From Callorhinchus milii (taxonomy: Eukaryota): a stretch of DNA of 64,000 nucleotides. Of this stretch, positions 36,936-49,667 are shown piece after piece; the first letter of the stretch is position 1, and each line of letters starts with the position of its first letter. Both the position numbers and the translations under genes were made by a program. Below the pieces are notes generated by a model that was not told where the DNA came from, did not search any database, and saw only the letters and a program-made list of their open reading frames with translations. Location: NCBI RefSeq assembly GCF_018977255.1, contig NW_024704742.1, positions 70,744,001 through 70,808,000 on the forward strand, in the 5' to 3' direction.

Positions 36936-39900
36936 AATAGTCATAATAATATTATTCCTTGCATTTGATGTAGCACCTTTTCATGTCGTTGAGATGTTTC
37001 AAACCCTCTTCGCAGGATTTTAATAATAATAATAATCCTTGCATTTGATATAGCACTTTATCATGTTGTTGAGTCGTCGCAAAGCATTTCACAGAATATA
37101 ATGTAAAACAAATTGATTGTGTATTTTGTGGGTGAAATACGGCAGCCAATTAAACATAGCAGTGTCCCACAAACAGTCATAGATTAAGTGACAAAATTAT
37201 TAGTTATTGTTGTTACTGGGTGGAGTGTCACCATGGAGGATGGGCTTGATTCCCAACATTCTTTTACCGAGCATGTCACCTTGGAGCCAGTTCAGCTCGG
37301 CGGAGACCCAAGTTGATAGTCATGACTCGATCACTAGTTACAAAATCTTTGTACAAAACAGCTAATATTGCATCAGGCTCTTGCAAACTACGAGCATCTG
37401 TTAAGTGAATCAAAGGAGAAGAAATCGGTTACTTGCCAAACATTAATCACATTGAAAGACGACGGTCTTATCGCTAAAGCTTTGAGACTGATATTATCAC
37501 TGCTCTGCAGTGTACAATGGGACGAGATTGTGGAATCTTGTAGCATAGTGGTTAGTGCGCTCGACTCACAAGCGAAAGGACCCAAGTTCAATTCCTGGGC
37601 AGGGTGAAACCATAGGCAAATTTCCTTACTCCACACGCCTCTGTTTATCTTGTTGTTACATGTTGTTTAGCAGTAAGTAGGAACCCAGTTGTTAGTCAAT
37701 TAGTGGATCGGTTTCCGGTGGAGGTAAAAATCCCTCCAAAAAATAAATAAATAACAACAATAATTTGATCACTCAATCCATGACTGTTTGTGGGACACCG
37801 CTGTACACAACTGGCTGCCGCATTTCTCCTACAAAATATACAGTCAATTCACTTTACAATTGATTCTGTGAAGCGCCTTGAGTCGTCTCAATGATGTGAT
37901 AAGGCACCATATTAAGTACAAGGATTATTATTATATTGATGGGTACAAATTGGCTGCTGCGTTTTCCCACAAAATGCACAGTCACTACACTTTACAGTAT
38001 ATCCTGTGAAGCTCTTTGGGACGTCCTCCTGATGTGAAATGTGCTGTATCAAATGTAAGCATTATTACTATCATTATTATGTTCCCTCCCAAATTTGTTC
38101 AAGTGATTTCAACTGCTGATCCTGAATCCAAGTAATTGATGCCAGTTCCATGAATCTCAGCTTCCAGGTAAAACCATTCAAACAAAGTCAGGGGGTAGGG
38201 AGATTCTCCTTTGCTGCAGTTACAATGGTTGAGCCCTGACCAGCCCACAAAAATAATACCAATAACAACATTCTCTGTATTTAATAATTCTTACATTTGA
38301 TATAGCATAATATCATGTCGTTGAGACGTCTCAAAGTGCTTCACAGAATATACTGTACATTGGATTCACTATGTATTTTGTGGGTGAAACACGGCAGCCA
38401 ATTACACAAAAAAACCCACAAACAGCCATAGATTGAATGACCACATTTTGTCTTGAGGGATTATTATCCCCAAAAAATGATCCACCAATTGACTAACATT
38501 CTTACTTACTGCTCGGTAAGCAGAGACGTGCGGAGTAAGAAAATTTGCCTAAGGTTTGGCTCCGCCAAGGAATCGAACTCAGGTCCTCTCGCTTGTGAGG
38601 CGAGCACACCAACCACTTGGCTCCGGGACTCCATTTAACACCACGCTGGTCAAAATGTCTCAAAGTCTTTCAGAGTTTTCTGTACAGTGTATTAATTACT
38701 GTAAGTGGCCCCTACCAAACGGCCAGTTCCCTCCGCTCAGCAGGCTCCGGCCTGCATCATGTCCCCTGCCTCGCCCGCCCCACCATTGGCGGGCGGAATT
38801 CAGCCACTTTGCCCCCACCGACTGAAACTCCAACCCACAGTCCCTCTGCCTCACCCCCTCCCTTGCCTCCTTCAAGACCCGTCTCAAAACCCTCCTCTTC
38901 GACCGTGCTTTCAATCACCCTCTTTCCCCGCTGCCCTCCACCCTCCCAGATCCCGACCCCCAGCTCGGGGCTGAAAAGCTGAATGTCCAGCATCTTGGGA
39001 CATCCTCCCAATGTGAAAGCCGCTATACAAATGTAATGTTGTTGTTGTTTGTTGCTGTTGTTGTATATTTGTATTATTATTATTATTATTATCATTTGTA
39101 GTTGAACACAGCAACAATTTGTGCACAGCAACAGGTGGGAAATCAATGATCAATTTAACTGTAAGATTGTCAGTCAGAGTAACGAGATTAAAATAGAGAG
39201 CACCAGTGTGGGGAGGGAGCACCAGCACAGACATGATGGGGAGAGAGCAGGGAATGGGATTAGAGTAGAGAGCTCCAGTGGGGTAGCGAGCACCAGCATA
39301 GACACGATGGGGAGTGACAGGGTTGTGAGAGACTAAACAGACTTCTGGCACAGATAAAGTGGGACAAATAGCTTCCCTCTGTGCTGTAACAATCTGTGAT
39401 TTTCTGATGTTGGCGAGTCCATGAACCAGAGACGTCTCAGTGTGAGTCTAAATGCTGTGGTTGTGAAATGTGTAAATACAGCAACCAATCTGTGCCAGCA
39501 GACAACTCTGCAGCCATGGGAACTCGGTGCCGGGGGGGAGCAGGAGGGGAGGGGAAGACAATCATGGGCACAAGCCCACAGAGCGCTGTCTGACCCAGGT
39601 CTCTACTTGTCACGGGCCAGCAAGGCTCCGCAGTCCATTAAGACAAGAGGGACTGATTATTGGAATAATAGTAATAATCTTTGCATTTGATACAGCACCT
39701 TTCACAAAGTGCTTCACGACATTTACTGTTAAGTGCAGTGACTGTGTTTGTAGGCGAACGTGGCAGCCAGCTTTGCACACAGCAACATCTCCCCAAACAA
39801 ACATGAAGTGAGTGATCAATTTTATCAGGGAGAAGGCGAGGGATTAATAGTCAGGACACCAGGAGAAAATTCCTTTTCTTTTTGAATAGCTCATAATAAT

Positions 39901-42900
39901 ATAATAATCCTTGTATTTGATATAGCGTCTTATCACGTCGTTGAGATGTTTGAAAGCACTTCACAGGATGTACTGTAAAATTAATTGACTATATTTTATG
40001 AACCAAATACAGCAGCCAATTGTGAAAAGTGACCAAATTATTATTTATTTTAACTTACACATGACAGCATCTGCAACAAGCCAGTGCTCCCCCCAGCACT
40101 GCACTAGAGCATTAACCTAGAGTCCTGATGTGAGGGCTTGAACCCACAACCTTCTGACTCAGAGGCGAGAGGGTTACAGACTGAACCAGGCTGGCACGCA
40201 ATTGCTGAGCACCTTTCTCTTTACACGGACATGCTTACCTACCTGGAGCCAGGGCTCCAACTCCAACAGATGGGATGAAAAACTGCCCTACGTCTCTGAA
40301 GTGGTGGGAGGCAATGAGTAAAAACTCTGCCCTTTCATTTCTGCCAAATGGGATGGAACTTAGCTCAGAAACATCCGCTGGTGTTGTTGTGTTTGGCCAC
40401 CTGCCCTGATTCCTTTCAAGATTCCTCCCAGTAATATTATAATAATAATCCTTGCATTTGGTGTAGCGCCTTATCATGTCATCAAGGCATCTCAAAGCAC
40501 GTCATAGGATATATTGTAAAGTGTAGTGACTGTGTATTTTGTGGGTGAAACGCAGCAGCCAGTTGCACACAACAGTGTCCCACAAACAGCCTTGAAGTGA
40601 GTGATTAATTGTATTTGGGGGATTGTTGGCCAGGACGCCAGGAGAGAGAAACTTCCTTCTCTTTTTGAATTGTTCTGTTGACGTAATCAAAGAGGAAGGT
40701 CTTGGGATAATAGTAAAAATTATTATTTTTATTATAATGGAAGTTTGTTCCAGCAAAACTCCATGGCTGTCAATGTCTTGAGTTGTAAGTGTCCTGAGTT
40801 TAATATCCCGCTGTTATTTCTCACTGAGCTGGCAGCACAGCAATCTATTTCTGGCTTAGTGGAGCTCCATTTTTAGAAGAAGACAACAGAGAGGGTGGGG
40901 GTTGGGGGGGTTGCGGCGAGGTGAGGAGCTGGCGGCAGCGACTGACAATCCCTAGAACACAAGCGGAGATTGTTGTGGTGTTAACAGATGGTTGGGCGCT
41001 GGGGAGCTCTCTCAAGCTGCTTTGAAGACTACCTGGTGGCTGTATGAGGGTGTGTTATTTCATCTCTATCTGGTCCAGTAAACTGCTTTGTCTGGTAGGG
41101 AATAATAATAATAATCCTTACGGTTGATATAACGCCTTATCACGACATTGAGACGCCTCAAAGCGCTTCACAGGATAAACTGTAAAGTGAAATGTGGCAG
41201 CCAGTATAAATTATCCCACAAACAGCCATGGAGTGACTGACTCTATTTGGGGGATTGTTGGTCAGGACACATTGAGCGAGAAATTCATTTTGAGTAGGCC
41301 CATGGGATCTTGAACACCTGAACAGACGCAAACGGGACCTTGGTTTAACGTTTCATTCTATGGATAATGCCTCCAACAATGTAGGCCATTAACAACAGCA
41401 ACAACAAAAACAACATCAATTTGCATTTACATTACATGGTACCTTTCAAGCAGAGCAGCGTCCCAGAGCACTTAAAGCTCATCACGTCTGTGAAAGAGGA
41501 ATCCATTCAGTCCAATTTGCCTGCAATGCCTGGTCGAGTGGAATCCCGTATTGTATTGGGTAAGACAAGATTTAAGTCCTGTGGAGTCCTGTAGTTTAGT
41601 GGTTAGAGCATTTTCCTTGCAAGTAGAGGATCTGAATTTGATTCCCGGGCAGGGCAAAATATTAGGCAAGTTTATTACTCCATATGCCTCTGTTTACTTA
41701 GCAGTAGGAAATAGGAAAATGTTTGTTAATCGATTGACAGTTCCTTTCTGATGGCAATAATCCTGTAAAAATAAATAGGAATAATTGAATAATTTCAATC
41801 CACACTGCTGTGTGCAATTGGCTACCATTGTTTTACCCAGAAAATACAGTCAATCCACTTTACAATATAAAGTGTACAATATCAAAGGCTCTGGGACACT
41901 ACCCCACATGAAAGGCCGCTGTATAAATGCAAATTGTTGCTGTTGTATATTCTGTGAAGCGCTTTGAGATGTCTCAATGACGTGATAAGGTGCCATATCA
42001 AATGCAAGGATTTATTAACAGGGCACAGACGGCACCTCGTATTTTAATGTCTAATTCTTAAAGACAGCACCTTCGATAAAACAATTTTTCTTTGAATGGA
42101 TGTTATAGCGCTGGGTTCCTGTTTGCTTTCTCTACTGCACTCTCCCCCCAAACCTCCACTAGTAGCTTGCTGTATTGAGTGGTGGAGGATAGGAGGGCGG
42201 GCGTGAGTGCGTGTGGTTGTGCGTGGGTGCGCACGCCAGGTTGTTTTACAGGGGGCTTTCGGAGGGGATTTGCCATTGAACAGCAACAACAACAACTTGG
42301 ATCTATATAGCGCCCTCCATGCTGGACGGCATCTCAAAGTGCTTTACAGTTTAGGATCCCGGGGCAGAGCCAGGGGGAGGGGGAGGAAGGTGACCAAAGG
42401 CGCAGTCGAAAAGAAAGGTCTTCAGCAGAGACCTGAAAATGGGAAGGGAGGAAGCGAGACGAAGGGAGTGAGGAAGGCAGTTCCAGAGCCTCGGGCCATA
42501 GTGGCTGAAGACACGGCTACCGAGGGTGGTAATTGAGGTAATTTGAAGCAAAGACTGATGGGAGTGTAAAACGGATATATGAGGCAAAAACAGAAGTCAC
42601 TGGGAACACTCAGCAGGTCAGGCAGAAAGTGAAAAAAAGAAAGGAAAGTAAGTAAGTCAACGTTTCAGGTCCACAACCCTTCATCAAAACTGGGGCATGT
42701 TGGGAGGGAGAGGCTTTTAAGGGTTAACAGAGAGGGGGGAGGCAGGACAAGGAAGATAAAGGAGAAAATGGGGTAGAGGACAGTGGATGATGGGTTAAAG
42801 AGGTGTTAATGATGCAAAACAAAGGTGGGGCATGATACAGTCTGTTTATTACCCACTGACTACTGACTGAAGGGTTTTTGGTTGGATTGTTTGATTTGTA

Positions 42901-42953
42901 ACTTGTGAGCTGAGAATAAAAGAGTTTTCTACACATTGAGAACATAACAATCA

Positions 42954-43511
42954 TCTATAATAATAAAACAACAATGTCTGTCTGTGTACGCTTCAAGAAG
43001 GATCTCAATAACCGATTGACTTAGAGACATGATTTATATCTCATCGGAAAGGTCTTGTGTCTGGGAGTGACACAGGCATATTTGTTTTCAGGTATCTCCT
43101 ATCGTTCATGAGTTATCACCTAAAATGGATTTCAGTTTTACGTTTTTCACTGCAGTTACACCTGGTGGCCGCCGAGTCAAAGTTGTGCTCTGGGTCATTG
43201 TGCGTCACAGAGCATATTCTTATGCACGCATGCACTGCAGTTACAGCTGGTGGCCGCGGCGGCTGACTATGGCCCTGTGGCATCCTGCGTCACAGAGCAC
43301 ACACGTAGCCAAGCTACCCAAGTAGCGGCGGGAACAAAATAAAGAACACCAACAGCACAATTACATTTTTAAAGCGCTGAGTCCTCTCATTGAGTCCTTC
43401 TAAAAGGAGTCCTCCCAGATAAGTATAAAGATGAATTGTCTATGTGTGTGTCTATCTACATTTCATATTGGACTTTTTGGTTGCAAGCGTAGCTGCCACG
43501 GGTACAGCTAG
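42954..43511 (+). mobile_element. Non-autonomous Helitron-like element (~560 bp)
   Basis: Host A|TCTATAATAATAAAA start, TGTC repeats near the 5' end, subterminal GCAAGC-GTA-GCTGC hairpin, CTAG|T end, no TSD. Confidence 0.72.
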
Positions 43512-46500
43512 TGTCAAACAATTGTGGAAAATAATTATGTGAATCCATGCATTGATATAGCACCTTTCACGTCAGGAGAATGTCTCAAAGCGCTTCACAT
43601 GATATATTGTAAGGTGGAGTGACTGTGTATTTTGTAGGGAAATGCGGCAGAGGGCTCCACTGAAGGGGTTACTTGAGTGAGCAGTGGAATGGGATTAGAG
43701 TGGATAGCTCAAGTGAAGGGGAGTGAGCAGCAACACAGATACAATGGGGCGAAGGCAGGAATGGGATTAGAGTAGAGAGTTCCAGTAGGGAAGTGAGAGC
43801 ACCAGGATTGATACAAAAGCTCAAATGACCTCCTATCTATGATGTGGACTCCAAGTGGTAAGACCGGGAGCAAATATGAGAGATGTGATGTATAATAACA
43901 TGGATGAGACTCCGAGCCAGCCATGGGCTATTTGTGAAGACATTAATTCAATGTGTTTTGAATGTCCCAGAGCTCCTATTTATTGTGTTTCCTTCCATTG
44001 TAATTCACAACATAAATTGATTCTCTCTGTCCATTATCTGTGAAGCACAGCCAGACATGAGCTATTCTTGGAGCCCAGGCAGTCATGTTTCCGCTTTTAG
44101 TCTCTTACAAATGTCTACTCACTGACCTCAAGGGGAATTACCTCAGGAAACAGTCACTACACGTGACAGTATTTACCAGTGAAGCGTGTTGAGACGTTTT
44201 GACATTGCGAGGCGTTGGTGTTATGGTCTGTCATTGTCTGGTCTCTTGTGACAGACATTAGAGGGTCAACCAAGAGGAATAACTTAACCCATGTGCCTCA
44301 AGGTGAAAACAACTCACATCTTCTACTTAGTCATTACTATCTTATCCACGCCCCAGATGTACTGTGCAAAGAGATAATAATAATAATCCTTGCATTTGAT
44401 ATAGTGCCTAATCTCAAATCACTTCACAGGATACACTGTAAAGTGGATTGACTTTGTATTGTGTGGGCGAAATGGGCAGCCAGTTTGCGCACAGCAATGT
44501 TCCACAAATAGCCATGAAGTGAGTGATCAATTTTATATGGGGGATTGTTAGCCAGGATACCGGGAGAGAGAAACTGCCTTCCCTTTTCCAATAGTGCCAC
44601 GGGATCTTTAAAGTCCATCTGAACAGGCAGTGCAATGCTCAACTCCATGACTTAAAAGGAGTTGGGGGAAGGGGGGGATGGGGCAGGAGTGTCCAATGAG
44701 TCTGATCCCCATGTGACTCCCATGTTTGTTTATAAATAAACAGTCACTATGCTTGATAGCAATATGCAAAGTACAGGAACCCATTTCAACACTGTCAGAG
44801 CCACGGGGATTGTTGTTACTGTTAATATTATTTGCAATGTTTAACGCCCCAGAAAGCAGGGAGAGAGAGAGGCTCATGTGAATAATTGTTAGTTCTTCCA
44901 CATGATCCATATTCACACACACACACACCCCTCTCTCTCTCCCACGGCATTCCTTGCATCTCCCTCCAAGCAGCATCCAACTTTGCGAAAGAGACTGACA
45001 CCTCTCCTCTGTGAATCTACTGCCTGGGAGACAGTGAGTGACAGAAAGGTGCCATTTCCTCCAGTGTCCTAAGTCTGTCACTTCGGGCAGCCAGTAGTTA
45101 GTGTAACAGAAGCCAGAGGTGTGGGTTCAAGACAGCGGGTGCTGGGGAGTGGGGAGGGAAGTGGGGGAAAGAGGTCGGAGTGAAAATGACTGCAGCAGGA
45201 ATGTGCCTCTTACAAACATGATGCTCGCAAGCTGTTTGCTGCCAAGGGCAAAAAAAAAATCAAAAAGAGATAGAACCTCACAATTCCTAATAACTCATCA
45301 CTCCAAGAGGAAAGGGTTCACTGATTTATGGAGTCCTGTAGCATAGTGGTTAGAGCACTCGCCTCGCAAGCAAGAGAACTCAGGTTCGATTCCCGGGCGG
45401 AACAAAACTTTAGGCAAGTTACCTTACTCCACACGCCTGTTTACCTAGAGGTAAGTAGAAACCTGGTTGTTAGTTGGTTGGTGGAAAGCTTTCCGTGGTA
45501 ATAATCTCTCAAAAAAATTTGTGAGACATTGCTGTGCACCATTGGCTGACCACGTTTCACCCACAAAATACGCAAAAACAATCCACTTTACAATATAATC
45601 TGTGAAGTGCTTTGAGACTTTCCAATGACACGATAAGGTGCTATGTCAAATCAAGGATTATTATTATATATTGTTATCCAGAGTGGAAGTTAGGCATATG
45701 TATGCATGTATGTACGTACATACGTACGTGCGTAGGTAGATAGGCAGGCAGGCAGGTAGGTAGGTAGGAGGTAGGTAGGTACGTACGTACGTACATACGT
45801 ACGTACGTATGTATGTACATGTATGTCAAGAGGACGTTCCAAGGCGCTGAACAGTCAGGGATTAGGACCCGAGCGGGTGTGTGGTTGTGATCAGGCAAGG
45901 TGGAGGGCAGAGAGGGTAGCTGAAGGCACGGTTGAAGAGCAAGGTCTTCAGACAGAGGCAAGGGAGGGAGCGAGGCGAAGGGAATGTGGAATGGAGTTCC
46001 AGAAGGTGGGGGCAGAAAGGCTGAAGGCCCAACCGCCAATGGTGGGCCGGGCCGGGTGGGGGACATGGAGCAGGCCGGAGCCTGCTGAGCGAAGGGAGCG
46101 GACAGGTTGATAAGGGGTTAGCAGGTCGGAGAGGTAGGAGGAGGTAAGGCCATGGAGGGATTTGAAAGTGAGGACGATGATTTTAAACTCGATCCTCTGA
46201 GGGATGGGGAGCCAGTGGAGCCGGGTGAGGGTGGGTGTGATGGGGTCACAACAACAACTTGCATTTATACAGCGCCCTTCACACATGTAGAATCTCAGAG
46301 TGGTTAACAGTGGGAGCTGGAAAGAAAGGTGATGAAAGGCATGGTCAAACATGAAAATCTTTAGGTGTCATTTGAAGATAAACAAAAAGGGGGCGAGGCG
46401 GAGGGATTCAAGCAGAGAGTTCCAGAGATTTGGGGTGAGGTGGCTGAAAGCATTGCGGCCAATGGTGAGTGGAGGGGCCGAGGGACATGCATCTGAGAAT

Positions 46501-46631
46501 CGGGGGAGGAATGGGGTGGGAGCAGGTCAGAGAATTAGGGAGGTGCCAGGGAGTGAAGAGATTGGATCTTGAAGTTAAAGTGACAGTGTTTTGTGGGCGA
46601 ACACAGCAAACAATTTGCACACAGCAATGTT

Positions 46632-47392
46632 GCACACACACACCCCAACATACACACACACCCCATATACACCCCATATACACACCCCAAACACAGCCCA
46701 TATACACACACCCCATATACACACACCCCATATACACAACCCCATATACACCCCATATACACACCCCAAACACAGCCCATATACACACCCCCATATACAC
46801 ACAACCCAAACACAGCCCATATACACACACCCCATATACACACACCCCAAACCACCAGCCCCATATACACACACACACCCCAACCATATACACACACCCC
46901 ATATACACACACCCCATATACACACACCCCAAACACAGCCCATATACACACACCCCATATACACACACCCATATACACCCCATATACACACCCCAAACAC
47001 AGCCCATATACACACACCCCATATACACACACCCCAAACACAGCCCATATACACACACCCCAAACACAGCCCATATACACACACCCCAAACACAGCCCAT
47101 ATACACACACCCCATATACACCCCATATACACACCCCAAACAGAGCCCATATACACACACCCTATATACACACACACCCTGTATACATACCCTATACACA
47201 CACACCCTATACACAGCCATCGTGTATCCACACCCTATACACAGCCATCGTGTATCCACACCCTATACACACCCCATGTACGTGTGTACACACCCTATAC
47301 ACACACACCCCATATACACACCCAGCCTGTACACACACCATATACACACCCTATGTACACGGACACCCTATATACACACAGCCTATACACAC
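46632..47392. repeat. Minisatellite of CCCATATACACAC(AC) and CCCAAACACAG units
   Basis: Tandem ~13-28 bp variant units; the source of the HTP/YTHP repeat ORFs. Confidence 0.95.
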
Positions 47393-47830
47393 AACAACAA
47401 CAAGATTCCATTTATAGAGCGCCTTTCACGTCGGGAGGACATCCCAAGGCGCTGTACAGTTGGGTCAGGACCCGAGGAGGGGGGAAATGGTCAGGGTGAG
47501 GGGAGGGAAGGGAGGGAGCGAGGAGGGGGTAGAGAGTTGAGAGGGAGCTGAAGGCTCGGTCAAAGAGAAAGGTCTTGAGACCGGCCTTGAAGGAGGAAAG
47601 GGAGGAAGCGGCGAAGGCACTGGGGGATAGAGTTCCAGAGCCTCGGGGCTGAGAGGCTGAAGGCCCGGCCACCGATGGTAGGGCGGTTGGGGCGGGGGAT
47701 GTGGAGCAGACCGGAGCCAGAGGAACGGAGGGTACGGGCAGGTAGGTAGGGGGATAGTAGGTCGGAGAGGTAGGAGGGAGCAAGGCCGTGAATGGCCTTG
47801 TAGGTGAGGATGAGGATCTTGAATTCGAGC
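47393..47830 (-). mobile_element. L2 LINE 3' end (young-looking), representative of many similar fragments (e.g. 15355-15670, 20235-20770, 21480-21745, 38710-39060, 42280-42590, 45825-46250)
   Basis: ORF 47560..47832 EFKILILTYKAIHGLAPSYLSDLL...GGRAFSLSAPRLWNSIP; (CAA)n tail on the plus strand at 47393-47403. Confidence 0.85.
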
Positions 47831-48559
47831 ACATTCTATACACACAGCACACACACAGCACACCCTGTACACGTAGCACACATTATACACACACTAGCAC
47901 ACACTATACGCACACAGCACACTCTATACGCACACATATACACACACACAACACATACTGTGAAGCGCTTTGAGACATCTGTGAAGCGCTTTGAGACGTT
48001 GCAATGACGTGAAAGCATTAAGACATTAGGAAGTTTTTTTTGTCTACCCAGAGGGTACTTAGCAACCATAGCAGGTTAACAGAAAGGGTGGTTATAACAA
48101 TTATAATGATAAAAATCCTGTATCCCACCTTTCACATCGGAAGGACGTCTCAAAGCGTTTCACAGGATTTTATTGTTAAGTGTAGTGGCTGTATTCTGTA
48201 GGCAAAAGTGACAGCCAATTTGTGAACAGTAATGTCCCATAAACAGCTATGAAGTTAATGACAAATTTTATTTGGGAAATTGTTTGTCAGGACACCAGCA
48301 GAGAGAAATCCCTTCTCTATTCGAACAGTGTGGCGAGATTTCACGTTGTTATACCTGCAATCACCACCCAGGGGCAGAGTGTGAGTGCAGGAAGTGTGAA
48401 ACATTAACATTAACTAACATGTGTTTGCTTGAAATGCTTGAAATGTCTTAGAGCTTCACAACGATTTGCACTTACACAGCACCTTTCAAACTGCATGGAA
48501 TTCTCAGAGCTCAAGTCCTGTAGTGTAGTGGTTAGTGCGATCACCTTGAGAGAATGGGA

Positions 48560-49190
48560 GCGAGGTATGAGTCAGGAAGTGAGCGGTAACGGAAGGGATG
48601 AATCGATGAGGGAGAGGGGATGAGGGAGTGAGGGATAAGATATGGGGAGCGACGTATGAGGGAGGGATGAGGTAGGGAAAGATGATGGAGTGAGGGAGGG
48701 ATGAAGGAGAGGAGTGAGGAATGAGAGTGGGAATGAGGGAGGGAATGAGGCAGGGAGTAAGGGATGAGGGTAGGGAGTGAGGGATGGAGGGAGGGGAGTG
48801 AGGGATGAGGAAAGGGAATGAGGGATGAGGGAGGGGAGTGATGGATGAGGGAGGGGAGTGACGGATGAGGGAGGGAAGTGAGGGATGAGGGAGGGGAGGA
48901 AGGAATGAAGGAGGAAAGGGATGTAGAAGAGAAGTGAGGGATGAGTGAGGGTAGTGAGGGATGAGGGAGGGTGGTGAAGGATGAGGGAGGGGAGTGAGGG
49001 ATGAGAGAGGGAAGTGAGGAATGAGGGAGGGGAGGGAGGAGAGGGATGTAGAAGAGGAGTGAGGGTAGTGAGGGATGAGGGAAGGGCGTGTGGGATGAGG
49101 GAAAGGAGTGAGGGGAGTGAGGGATGAGGGTGGGTGGTGAGGGATGAGGGAAAGGAGTGAGGGATGAGGGAGGGGAGTGAGGGATGGAGA
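48560..49190. repeat. GAGGGAT/GAGT purine-rich repeat ending at the start of duplication copy 2
   Basis: Repeated gagggatgagggaggggagt units. Confidence 0.9.
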
Positions 49191-49630
49191 GGTGATCCAG
49201 CACCTTGGGAAGTCCTCCCGACGTGAAATGTAGTCTTGTTGTTGTTGTTGTTGTGATTAACAGGTGAAGTTGGAGTTGATATTATTTGCCTCAGTTGACT
49301 TGTGAGACACCCACCACCCACACACAGACACACAGGGATCAGGATAAATGGAAACCCATTTTATTGAATAACCTTTATCCAGAATGTGAGTCTATAAACG
49401 GTACTTTGCAGTTGCTATGACGACTGCCTAAGGCTGCAGACACACATCTTGCAGGCACCATGCTGTCAAATCTCTTTCTTCCTTAGTCCTCCTGTCTGTA
49501 AACATCACATCACATCATTTCATTGTTTTTGATCCCAGCGGAGCCCTGGGAGGCTTTGAGATTGCTCGCAACTCAACACAGGCTGGGAGATTAGATCAAA
49601 GCTTTGAAATGTCAGGGCTGTGTGTGTGTC

Positions 49631-49667
<37 letters not shown>

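Larger units (their letters stand above)
27591..41630 (+). repeat. Large direct duplication, copy 1 (visible part)
   Basis: Near-identical to 49149-64000. Offset is ~21560-21600 before the gap and 22370 after it; the ORF track repeats the same translations. Confidence 0.97.

Noticed and set aside
39185..39320. Short tandem units gggaatgggattagagtagagagctcc resembling a spaced repeat array
   Set aside because: Eukaryotic context with no cas genes; the units recur at 17920, 33025 and 43650 and resemble tandemised LINE 3'-end sequence, not CRISPR.
40235..40405. Possible minus-strand exon ending in ccag|gtaggt
   Set aside because: No recognisable protein similarity, and the two duplicate copies differ by frame-changing indels.
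46408..47551. Long ORFs of 207-360 aa in several frames
   Set aside because: Translations of a minisatellite; open on both strands with no domain content.
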